Below are positions 41,060 through 49,087 of a stretch of 64,000 bases of DNA, in pieces. Each line of letters begins with the position of its first letter. The first letter of the stretch is position 1. Where the stretch lies: NCBI GenBank assembly GCA_963761335.1, contig CAVXGR010000016.1, positions 64,001 to 128,000 on the forward strand, given 5' to 3'. The stretch is from an uncultured delta proteobacterium (GTDB lineage: Bacteria > Desulfobacterota > Binatia > HRBIN30 > BPIQ01). Position numbers and translations under genes: made by a program. The notes beneath the pieces are model-generated. The model saw only the letters and a list, made by a program, of their open reading frames with translations. It was not told the DNA's origin and made no database searches.

Positions 41060-41851
41060 ATGCGACCTTGGCCTCATAGCCAGCGCCGCAGCGAGCGAGT
41101 TCCTGGCCGTTGCGGGCGCATCTGCGCTTTGTCGCTGATTGGCTTCGGCCTCTTCAGCGGCTGCTTCGGCCTGCAGCCGGTTCCCCGAGGGCCGAAGGGG
41201 GCTGCCGGAGCCGCGGCGTCATCGATCCTGCTGCGGCCGACAAACATGGTCCGCGTTCTGTTCGACGCCATATCCGGTTGCCGGCCCTCGCTTCCCGAGT
41301 CCGATCGCTGGCGCATCGCTGGGGTGATTCAGTTGGAGAGCGAGCGTTTCGGTTACGATCCGCTGTTCGTCCAAGCCCTGGTTGAAGTGGAGAGCTCCTG
41401 CCTCCCCACGGCACGCAGCGCCCGCGGTGCCCTCGGTCTCATCCAGCTGAGACCGTCCACTGCCAAGGCGGTGGCGGAAGCTGCCGGTGTCGAGTGGCGG
41501 GGAAAGCAGATGCTGACTCGCCCGGTGTTCAACCTGCACCTCGGCCTGCGCTACCTGCGACAGCTGGAGGAGCGATTCAACGATCCCTATCTTGCCGTGG
41601 CTGCCTACAACCTCGGTCCCCAGCGGGTGGCGCAGATGCCGCGGGCTCGTGCTCGCCGCAGCCGCTACGTCCGCAAGGTATTGAATCGCTACGAAGATCT
41701 GCTCGCCGAGCACGCCCCTGCGCTGCGCCACATCGACCCCGTGGGTGCCTCTGAGGAGGCTGCGGGGCACCCGTTGAAGCTTTCCGAGGCGGCTTCGTCT
41801 GAGAAGGAGCAGGCGAAAAGGGGACCGAGCTCGCGCGAACCCGCCGCATAA
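41060..41851 (+). CDS. Lytic transglycosylase (SLT domain), possibly a lipoprotein
   Basis: VEVESS, SARGALGLIQL, NLHLGLRYL, AAYNLGP; FSGC lipobox-like. Confidence 0.85.
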   Translation: MRPWPHSQRRSERVPGRCGRICALSLIGFGLFSGCFGLQPVPRGPKGAAGAAASSILLRPTNMVRVLFDAISGCRPSLPESDRWRIAGVIQLESERFGYDPLFVQALVEVESSCLPTARSARGALGLIQLRPSTAKAVAEAAGVEWRGKQMLTRPVFNLHLGLRYLRQLEERFNDPYLAVAAYNLGPQRVAQMPRARARRSRYVRKVLNRYEDLLAEHAPALRHIDPVGASEEAAGHPLKLSEAASSEKEQAKRGPSSREPAA

Positions 41852-42036
41852 GGCTGGCGCCGACGTGAAACCCGCCGACGATTGTGAGATTGCCGGCGCG
41901 CAACGCCCTTGACGGGGTCCGGTTCCGGCTTAAATATGGATGTTGTGCATCCACGATTACAGGAGCCGCCGGGCGGCGGAAAATTGCCCGAGAAGACTGG
42001 CGGCGCACCAAAGCGCCGGAGCAAAGGACAAGGAGA

Positions 42037-42408
42037 ATGATTCCCCATATGTGGTTTGGAGTTCCAGAAGAGCTGCTGGCCCCGGAGCCGGCACTCCCGG
42101 TACAGGTTCAGCATGTCTGGCATCACACGCGGGCCATTTCCTCGGAGCGGCGTCTGATCCTGGCGATGATCTGGCAGGCGATTCTCGACCTGCGCAAGTA
42201 TCGCTTCGCCAAGAGAATGCGCGATCAGCGTCTCTACATGGAAGCCTACGAATGGGTGGAGTCTGACGACCGTACCTGGCCGTACTCCTTCGCCAACCTG
42301 TGTGAGCTGCTGAATCTGCACGTCGAGTCGGCGCGCGCCCAGGTGCTCGACCTCTCGCAGACGGAGCCGCGCAAGATCGCCGGCGACATGCTCGACGAGG
42401 CCGCCTGA
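42037..42408 (+). CDS. Hypothetical protein (123 aa)
   Basis: AAGGAG SD before ATG 42037; globular-looking sequence ERRLILAMIWQAILD...EAYEWVESDDRTWPYSFANLCELL. Confidence 0.75.
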   Translation: MIPHMWFGVPEELLAPEPALPVQVQHVWHHTRAISSERRLILAMIWQAILDLRKYRFAKRMRDQRLYMEAYEWVESDDRTWPYSFANLCELLNLHVESARAQVLDLSQTEPRKIAGDMLDEAA

Positions 42409-42530
42409 GCGGCTCGATCTTTCTCCCCACCCCAACCGTGCCCCGGGGGGTCGGCCGATCGCCGACCCCCCGTTCCTTTTGGTCCTCTCGCGGCTATTCC
42501 CAAGCGCCGCGGCAGCAGACACAATCCGGC

Positions 42531-43409
42531 ATGGAGAGCAGCGGCGAGCAGCCGGTTCGCGGCGCCTTCAGCCGACCCGAGATCGACGAGTGGGCTCTGG
42601 TGCTCTCCGCCAGCCGCATCCCGTACAGCGTCCACCGGGAGGACGGGCGCTGGGTGCTGAGCGTGGCTCGAGAGGACCACTTGCGCGCCGCGGACGCGCT
42701 GGCGGCTTACGACTCGGAGAGCCGCGCCTGGGCCGAGGTGGCCCCCGTCCCCCGGGAGTACGGCCGCAGCTACGGGGGTGTGGCAATCGCCCTCGCCCTG
42801 GTGCTCGCCTACTGGATCACCGGTGCCGGCGACACAGGGAGCCCGTGGTTTCGCCTGGGGAGCTTGTCGGCTTGGCGGGTCCTCGACGGCGAGCTCTGGC
42901 GCACGGTCACGGCGCTGACGCTGCACCTGGATGTCACCCACATCGCCAGCAACGCCGCCGCCACACTGCTCTTCGGCACCGCCCTCTGCCAGGCTCTCGG
43001 TCCGGGGGTGGCCGTGTGGCTGATGCTGCTGGCGGGCGCCGGGGGCAATGCTCTCGACGCCGTGCTCCGCGGTCCGGGCCAGGTCTCCGTGGGTGCCTCG
43101 ACGGCGATCTTCGGTGCCGTCGGCGGGCTGGGCGCCTTGCGCTTCATGAGTCGCTACCGCTTCGCGTCCACGCGGCGAAGTGCGTGGCTGCCGGTCGCCG
43201 CGGCTCTGGCGCTGCTGGCGATGTTCGGCGGCGGCGATCCTCAGACCGACATCGTCGCACACCTCTTCGGCTTTCTCGTCGGGCTTGGCCTGGGCGCTGC
43301 CGTAGCGGTAGCGTTCCCGCGCCCACCGGCGATGGTCACGCAGTTGCTCCTCTTCGCGGCCGCCATTGTCGCCGTGGCCGGGTGCTGGTCGGTCGCCTTC
43401 CGGCACTGA
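42531..43409 (+). CDS. Rhomboid intramembrane serine protease with an N-terminal soluble domain
   Basis: WRTVTALTLH..HIASN, GASTAIFG (catalytic Ser), AHLFGF (catalytic His). Confidence 0.9.
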   Translation: MESSGEQPVRGAFSRPEIDEWALVLSASRIPYSVHREDGRWVLSVAREDHLRAADALAAYDSESRAWAEVAPVPREYGRSYGGVAIALALVLAYWITGAGDTGSPWFRLGSLSAWRVLDGELWRTVTALTLHLDVTHIASNAAATLLFGTALCQALGPGVAVWLMLLAGAGGNALDAVLRGPGQVSVGASTAIFGAVGGLGALRFMSRYRFASTRRSAWLPVAAALALLAMFGGGDPQTDIVAHLFGFLVGLGLGAAVAVAFPRPPAMVTQLLLFAAAIVAVAGCWSVAFRH

Positions 43410-43463
43410 GGGAGTTGACAGCCGAGGTGCTTTCCTGAGAAGCCCGCGGCGAAGGGAAAGCCG

Positions 43464-44324
43464 ATGAAGACGATACGGACCGAGACCAGTGACGGTGTGC
43501 GCTCCCTGATCCTGTGCCGAGCTCGGGAGTACAACACCATCACCCCGGAGTTGCGCGACGAGCTGGCGCGCGCGGTCGATGAGGCGGACGAGGATCGCGA
43601 CGTGCGCGTCATCCTCCTGCGTGCGGAGGGACCGGCCTTTTGCGCCGGCTACGGGCTCGACTGGTCGACTGCGGCGCAGGCACAGGAGGGCAGCGAGACG
43701 GATCGCGGCGAGAAGAGAGCCTGGGATTCGGTGGCCGACCTGCGCATGATGGGCCGCTTCGTGGATACCTACATGAAGCTCTGGTACGCGAAGAAGCCGA
43801 CCATCGCTGCGGTCCAGGGCTGGTGCATCGGCGGCGGCACCGACATGGTGCTGTGCGCCGACATCATCGTCGCCGGCGAGGGCGCGCGCTTCGGCTATCC
43901 GCCCTCGCGTGTCTGGGGCACGCCCACCACGGCGATGTGGGTGTATCGAATGGGCCTGGAGAAGGCCAAGCGATACATGCTGACCGGCGACGAGATCCCG
44001 GCGGTGGAGGCGGCGCGCATCGGTCTGATCCTGGAAGCGGTGCCGGACGAGCGGCTGCAGGAGCACGCCATGGGCCTGGCGCGACGCATGGCGCAGGTGC
44101 CGCTCAATCAGCTGGTCATGCTCAAGCTGCTCGCCAACCAGACGGCGGAGAACATGGGCTTCGCCTCGAGCCGCATGCTGGGCACACTGTTCGACGGCAT
44201 CGCCCGCCACACGCAGGAAGGGCTGGACTTCGTCCGCCGCGCCGCCGACGTGGGCTTCCGCGGGGCGGTGCGCGAGCGCGATGATCCCTTCGAGGATTAC
44301 GGAAGCCGCAAGAAGGAAGAGTAG
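43464..44324 (+). CDS. Crotonase/enoyl-CoA hydratase family protein
   Basis: FCAGYGL, KPTIAAVQGWCIGGG, AKRYMLTGD. Confidence 0.9.
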   Translation: MKTIRTETSDGVRSLILCRAREYNTITPELRDELARAVDEADEDRDVRVILLRAEGPAFCAGYGLDWSTAAQAQEGSETDRGEKRAWDSVADLRMMGRFVDTYMKLWYAKKPTIAAVQGWCIGGGTDMVLCADIIVAGEGARFGYPPSRVWGTPTTAMWVYRMGLEKAKRYMLTGDEIPAVEAARIGLILEAVPDERLQEHAMGLARRMAQVPLNQLVMLKLLANQTAENMGFASSRMLGTLFDGIARHTQEGLDFVRRAADVGFRGAVRERDDPFEDYGSRKKEE

Positions 44325-44367
44325 AAGCGCTCTCGCGGCGCTTTCCGAAGCGGCGCCGACGCTGCTT

Positions 44368-45936
44368 CTACTTGCCCGGGAGCCGCAGACCCCGCGGAGT
44401 GGCCAGGCGTTCGACGCCGGCGAGTGCCAGGTCGGCGACCACCGCCAGCGCCGCAGCCGGCAGCGCGCCGCTGAGAATGAGGTTGGTATCGGTGACCGTG
44501 AGCCCGGTGACGATGGGGTCGCCGAGACCTCCGGCGCCGATGAAGGCCGCCAGGGTGGCGGTGCCGATGTTGATCACCGTCGAGGTACGCACGCCCGCGA
44601 GGATCACTCGTCCCGCCAGGGGCAGCTCCACGTAGCGCAGGATCTGCCGCCGCCGCATGCCCAGCCCGACGCCCACCTCGATCAGCTGGCGATCGACGCT
44701 GCGCAGCCCGGCGACGGTGTTGCGCAGGATGGGCAGCAGTCCGTAGAGGAAGAGCGCCGCGATCGCCGGCGTGGTGCCGACCCCGAAGAGAGGCAGCATG
44801 AAGGCGAGGAGCGCGATCGACGGAATCGTCTGCAGCACTCCGGCGCTTCCGAGGGCCAGGGCCGCCAGACGCGGTCGACGGCTGGCGGCGATGCCGAGGG
44901 GAATGCCGATGGCGCACGCCGCCAGAACCGCGACCCCGGTGAGATAGAGATGCCGCGCCGTCAGCGCCAGCGTCACCCAGCGCCGTTGCCAGAGCAGCCC
45001 GAGCAGGGAAGACGAGCGCCGCGCCGCGCCGACGGTGCGGGCGCTGAGGCCGAGGCGCTGCAGAAACTCCGAGGCGACGCGCGCCGGTGAGCGGCGTTGG
45101 CCCTCGACCTCGAAGTTGAGCTGGCGCATGGTGGCGTCGTCCAGCCGGCCGGCGAGCAGGCGCAGCGCGTCGCCGGCTTGCGGCAAGCGCGCCAGGAGGT
45201 CGGCGCGCACCAGCGGCGCGGCCTCGTAGGGGGGAAAGAAGTGGCGATCGTCCGCGAGGGCCAGCAAGTCGTTCTCGGCGATCTTGGCATCGGTCGAGTA
45301 GCCGTCGGAAACATCGATCGAGCCCTGCGCCAACGCCAGGTAAGCGAGGTCGTGCTCCATGCCGACGGTACTGGACTCGTTCAGGTCGTAGGCGCGCCGT
45401 AACCCCGGCATGCCGTCCGGCCGCTGCAGGAACTCATGCGAGACCCCGTAGCGCAATGGATGGGCGCCCAGATCGCCGAGCCTGCGAATGCCGAGCTTGG
45501 CGGCGCGCCGCCGCTCCATCAGCAGGACATAGGTGTTGTTGAAGCCGAAGGGCGCCATCCACGCCAGCCCCCAGCGCTTGCGGAAGGCGGTGCTCACCCG
45601 CGCCAGCACCGCCGCGGCGCCGCCGCTGAACTCGGTGTCCTGCAGGATGTTGCGCAGGCCCGTACCGGTATACTCGGCGTACAAGTCGATCTCGCCGGTG
45701 CGCAGCGCCTCGAAGCACACCTGGGTTCCGGCGAGGTTGAAGCGGCGCTCGACCTGCGCGCCGGTATGGATCTCGAGCACCTGCGCCATGAGCTCGGCGA
45801 GCACGGCGCTCTCGGTGAACTTCTTGGCGCCGACGACGATGCGCGGCGGTGGACCGAGCGCCGGTGCCGGCCGCGGCGCCGCCGCGAGCAGAGCCAGCAG
45901 CGCGAGCCTTGCGGCGCCGCCGTGCTCACACCGCAT
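44368..45936 (-). CDS. Quaternary-ammonium (betaine/ergothioneine-type) ABC transporter, fused binding protein plus permease
   Basis: Binding domain: GAKKFTES, YAEYTGT, FNNTY, EFLQRPDG, GYSTD, DDRHFFPPY. C-terminal permease: QTIPSIAL, GAGGLG. Confidence 0.9.
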   Translation of the reverse strand: MRCEHGGAARLALLALLAAAPRPAPALGPPPRIVVGAKKFTESAVLAELMAQVLEIHTGAQVERRFNLAGTQVCFEALRTGEIDLYAEYTGTGLRNILQDTEFSGGAAAVLARVSTAFRKRWGLAWMAPFGFNNTYVLLMERRRAAKLGIRRLGDLGAHPLRYGVSHEFLQRPDGMPGLRRAYDLNESSTVGMEHDLAYLALAQGSIDVSDGYSTDAKIAENDLLALADDRHFFPPYEAAPLVRADLLARLPQAGDALRLLAGRLDDATMRQLNFEVEGQRRSPARVASEFLQRLGLSARTVGAARRSSSLLGLLWQRRWVTLALTARHLYLTGVAVLAACAIGIPLGIAASRRPRLAALALGSAGVLQTIPSIALLAFMLPLFGVGTTPAIAALFLYGLLPILRNTVAGLRSVDRQLIEVGVGLGMRRRQILRYVELPLAGRVILAGVRTSTVINIGTATLAAFIGAGGLGDPIVTGLTVTDTNLILSGALPAAALAVVADLALAGVERLATPRGLRLPGK

Positions 45937-46663
45937 CGGCGCGTCTCGTCTCGATGAAGGAGCGGACGAATGCCGACGCCGGCCGCGAGCGGATCTCCGC
46001 GGGGGCGCCCAGCTGCACCACCTCGCCGCGGTCGAGCACCGCGACGCCGTCGGCGAGGCGGAAGGCCTCGTCGACGTCGTGGGTGACCAGGATCACCGTC
46101 TTCTCCAGGCGCGTGCGCAGCTCGGCGAACTCGTCCTGCAGGCGGCGGCGAGTGATCGGATCGAGGGCGGCGAACGGCTCGTCCATCAGCACCAGCGGCG
46201 GATCGGCGGCGAGGGCGCGCGCCAGCCCGACGCGCTGGCGCTGCCCGCCGCTGAGCTCGGCGGGGTAGCGGCCCGCCAGCTGCTCGAAGGGCAGACCCAC
46301 CAAGGCGAAGAGATCTCGCGCCCGCTGCCGCCGGCGCTCGGCCCCCCAGCCGAGCAGCCGCGGCACCATCTCGACGTTGGCGCTCGCCGTCATGTGCGGG
46401 AAGAGACCGGCGTCCTGCACCACGTAGCCGATGCCGCGGCGGAGCTCCGTCGGGTCCATCGTCGCGGTATCGCGGCCATCTACCGACACCGACCCCGAGC
46501 TGGGGATCACCAGTCGGTTGATGACCTTCAGGGTCGTCGTCTTTCCGCACCCCGACGGGCCGAGGAGTGCCAGAGTGGTGCCGGAGTCGACGCGAAAGCT
46601 GACGCCGCGCAAAGCGACGTGACCGCCGTCGTAGACCTTGGTGACATCGCGCAGCTCGATCAT
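45926..46663 (-). CDS. ABC transporter ATP-binding protein (OpuA/ProV-like, no CBS domains)
   Basis: GPSGCGKTT, LSGGQRQRV, LMDEPFAALDPITR, VTHD. Confidence 0.92.
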   Translation of the reverse strand: MIELRDVTKVYDGGHVALRGVSFRVDSGTTLALLGPSGCGKTTTLKVINRLVIPSSGSVSVDGRDTATMDPTELRRGIGYVVQDAGLFPHMTASANVEMVPRLLGWGAERRRQRARDLFALVGLPFEQLAGRYPAELSGGQRQRVGLARALAADPPLVLMDEPFAALDPITRRRLQDEFAELRTRLEKTVILVTHDVDEAFRLADGVAVLDRGEVVQLGAPAEIRSRPASAFVRSFIETRRADAV

Positions 46664-46847
46664 GGCGACGACGAGAAAATCCTGTCGATTCGCAGGAGCG
46701 GATTTTTTCCGATCGCGTATTCCGCCACGCTAGACATTCGGATATCTTTCAGTACGACAGTCAACCCTGCAAGGCCAGGCATCACTGGGTGGACCGGCAC
46801 CGCCGGCCGCGCGCCAGACGGGAATGCCGGGTCGAAAGGAGAGCCGG

Positions 46848-47897
46848 ATGAAGTCCCGTGTGACTGCCTTCAGGACGCTGCAGAGCGAGGACGTCAAAGA
46901 GAACGCATCACGCGGTGCCGACCGCGACCCGCTGCTGCGGATCGATCGCTATCTCGAGCCAACCCGGCGTTCCTCACTCGCCGACGACGTGCGCCGCGGT
47001 CTGGCGCAGCCGCAGAAGAGCGTTCCCTGCAAGTACTTCTACGACGACCGCGGCTCTCGGCTCTTCGATCAGATCTGCGATCTGCCGGAGTACTACCCGA
47101 CGCGCACCGAGGACGCTCTGCTGCGCCAATGCGCCGACGAGATCGTCGCCCTGGTGCGGCCCTCCGACGTGATCGAGCTCGGCAGCGGCGCCTCGCGCAA
47201 GACGCGCGTCCTCCTTGACGCCTGCACCCGCGGCGGTGCGCCGCTCACCTACATCCCCATGGACGTGAGCGAGAGCATGCTGCGGCGCAGTGCGGTGGCC
47301 TTGCGCGCCGCGTATCCCGAGCTGCGCGTGCACGCCATCGTCGGCGACTACGAGCAGCACCTGGAGCGCATCCCTTCCGGCCGGCGGCGGCTGTTGGTGT
47401 TTCTCGGCGGCACCATCGGCAACTTCCGCCGCGAGCAGGCGGTGGTGTTCGTGCGCGCCGTGCGGCGGCAGCTGTCGCCGGGCGACTTCGTCCTGATCGG
47501 CATGGATTTGGTGAAGCCGGTGGACATCCTGAATGCGGCGTACAACGACGCCGCCGGAGTCACCGCCGAGTTCAACCGCAACGTCCTGCACGTGATCAAC
47601 CGCGACCTCGGCGGCGATTTCGATCCGGCGGCATTCGCGCATCTGGCCTTCTTCAACGGCGAGGAGTCGCAGATCGAGATGCACCTGCGTGCGGAAGGCG
47701 AGCAGCAGGTGCGCATCGCCGCGCTGGATCTGCAGGTCTCGGTGGCCGCCGGCGAGACCATCCATACCGAGATCAGCCGCAAATTCAGCCGCGCGGAGGC
47801 GCTCTCGTTGTTCGCCGCCGCCCGCTGCCGCATCGAGCGCTGGTACACGCCCGAAAATCAGTGGTTCGCGCTGGCGCTTGCGCGCGTCGAGGATTGA
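46848..47897 (+). CDS. egtD: L-histidine N-alpha-methyltransferase
   Basis: KYFYDDRGSRLFDQI..PEYYPTRTE, ELGSG, GTIGN, AYND..GVTAEFN, IEMHL, IHTEISRKF. Confidence 0.92.
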   Translation: MKSRVTAFRTLQSEDVKENASRGADRDPLLRIDRYLEPTRRSSLADDVRRGLAQPQKSVPCKYFYDDRGSRLFDQICDLPEYYPTRTEDALLRQCADEIVALVRPSDVIELGSGASRKTRVLLDACTRGGAPLTYIPMDVSESMLRRSAVALRAAYPELRVHAIVGDYEQHLERIPSGRRRLLVFLGGTIGNFRREQAVVFVRAVRRQLSPGDFVLIGMDLVKPVDILNAAYNDAAGVTAEFNRNVLHVINRDLGGDFDPAAFAHLAFFNGEESQIEMHLRAEGEQQVRIAALDLQVSVAAGETIHTEISRKFSRAEALSLFAAARCRIERWYTPENQWFALALARVED

Positions 47898-48011
47898 GGG
47901 CCAGAGAAACGACGAGGCGAGACTCCCCCATTGACAATTCGCCGACGAGGCGTTTACGGATCGCTCCTGGTGGAGCGCGAGCAGATCAGCGAGATCCGGG
48001 AGGCGCCGTCG

Positions 48012-48815
48012 ATGCGCCCCGCTGTAGTAGCGCTGGTGATCTCGGTGGCGCTGCACGCCCTCGTGCTCGCCGGCGTGCGCGGGCGCCTTCTCGGCGCCGC
48101 GAGCCAACCGGTGCGGCTGCTGCGCGTATCGCTCCTGCCCCCCGGGGGTGGCGGCGAGCCGGGCGGCGGCGCAGGGGAAGCGAGTGATGCCGGGCCGCCG
48201 GCTCCGCCTGCAGCGGCAGCCGCGGCGCACGTCGCCTCCCTTCCGGCGCCGAAGCCGGCGACGCGAGAGATCTCCCGAGCCGCGGACTCGGCCCGGCGCC
48301 CAAGGATCGCCAAGCACCGCAGACGCGTCGAGCACCGGCCGCCCCCGCCGGCCGTCGCGGCGGTGGAGGCGCAGCGGCCAGGGGCCATTGCCAAGGACAC
48401 GGTAGCCCCGGAACCCGGCGCAGCCGGCGATCCTGCTGGCGACCTCGCCGGCGGGATCGGGTCGGGGAAGAGTGGCGCCGGGGCCGCTGGCTCGGGTCCC
48501 GGTAGCGGCGGCGGCTCCGGACCGGGCGCCGGGGGAGGAGACATGCGTGCCCGCTGTCTCTACTGTCCGGAGCCGCTGTACCCGCGCCTGGCGCGCTTCC
48601 GCGGTTGGCAGGGAACAGTGGATGTTTCCGTGCTGCTCCTCGCCGACGGCACCGTCGACGAGGTGAGCGTGTCCCGCTCATCCGGATACGAGGCGCTCGA
48701 TCGGGCCGCCGTTGCCGTGGCCCGCAAGAGCCGCTTCACCCCGCCCGCGGCGAGCGGCTTGCGCCCGCCGGTGCCCGGGCAGATCGCCTACCGCTTCGGC
48801 CTCACGCGGCGCTGA
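48012..48815 (+). CDS. Energy transducer TonB
   Basis: TM with SVALH, Pro/Gly linker, YPRLARFRGWQGTV and SSGYEALDRAA. The ORF-track TTG at 47931 coincides with a TTGACA box, so ATG 48012 is preferred. Confidence 0.85.
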   Translation: MRPAVVALVISVALHALVLAGVRGRLLGAASQPVRLLRVSLLPPGGGGEPGGGAGEASDAGPPAPPAAAAAAHVASLPAPKPATREISRAADSARRPRIAKHRRRVEHRPPPPAVAAVEAQRPGAIAKDTVAPEPGAAGDPAGDLAGGIGSGKSGAGAAGSGPGSGGGSGPGAGGGDMRARCLYCPEPLYPRLARFRGWQGTVDVSVLLLADGTVDEVSVSRSSGYEALDRAAVAVARKSRFTPPAASGLRPPVPGQIAYRFGLTRR

Positions 48816-48918
48816 CGAGGCCGCGGCCCCCTGGAGAGCGGCGCCGCCCGGCCGCCTCTCCGCCTCTCTCCGTTCCGCTCCTTGACTCCGCCGCCGCTTT
48901 GCGGAATACGGCGGGGGA

Positions 48919-49066
48919 CGTTGGGTGGGTTGAGGGAAGCCGGTGAGAAACCGGCGCGGCCCCCGCCACTGTAACCGGAACGAACGCGGCACGCTTGCCA
49001 CTGTCCTCGTGATGGGAAGGCGCCGCCAGTAGGACGCCGGAAGCCAGGAGACCTGGCCCTCCAACG
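48919..49066 (+). ncRNA. Cobalamin riboswitch
   Basis: AGGGAAgccGGTGagaaaCCggcgCggcCCccGCcACTGTaa...GCCACTG...GGGAAGG...AGCCAGGAGACCTG; closing stem CGTTGG/CCAACG; sits upstream of btu genes. Confidence 0.95.
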
Positions 49067-49087
49067 GATGCGATGTAGTCCTCCGGG

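Noticed and set aside
46760..46847. SAH or SAM riboswitch upstream of egtD (CTGCAAGGCCAGGC resembles part of the SAH motif)
   Set aside because: The GAGCG/CGCUC pseudoknot elements are missing; only a generic stem is present. An Rfam scan would settle it.
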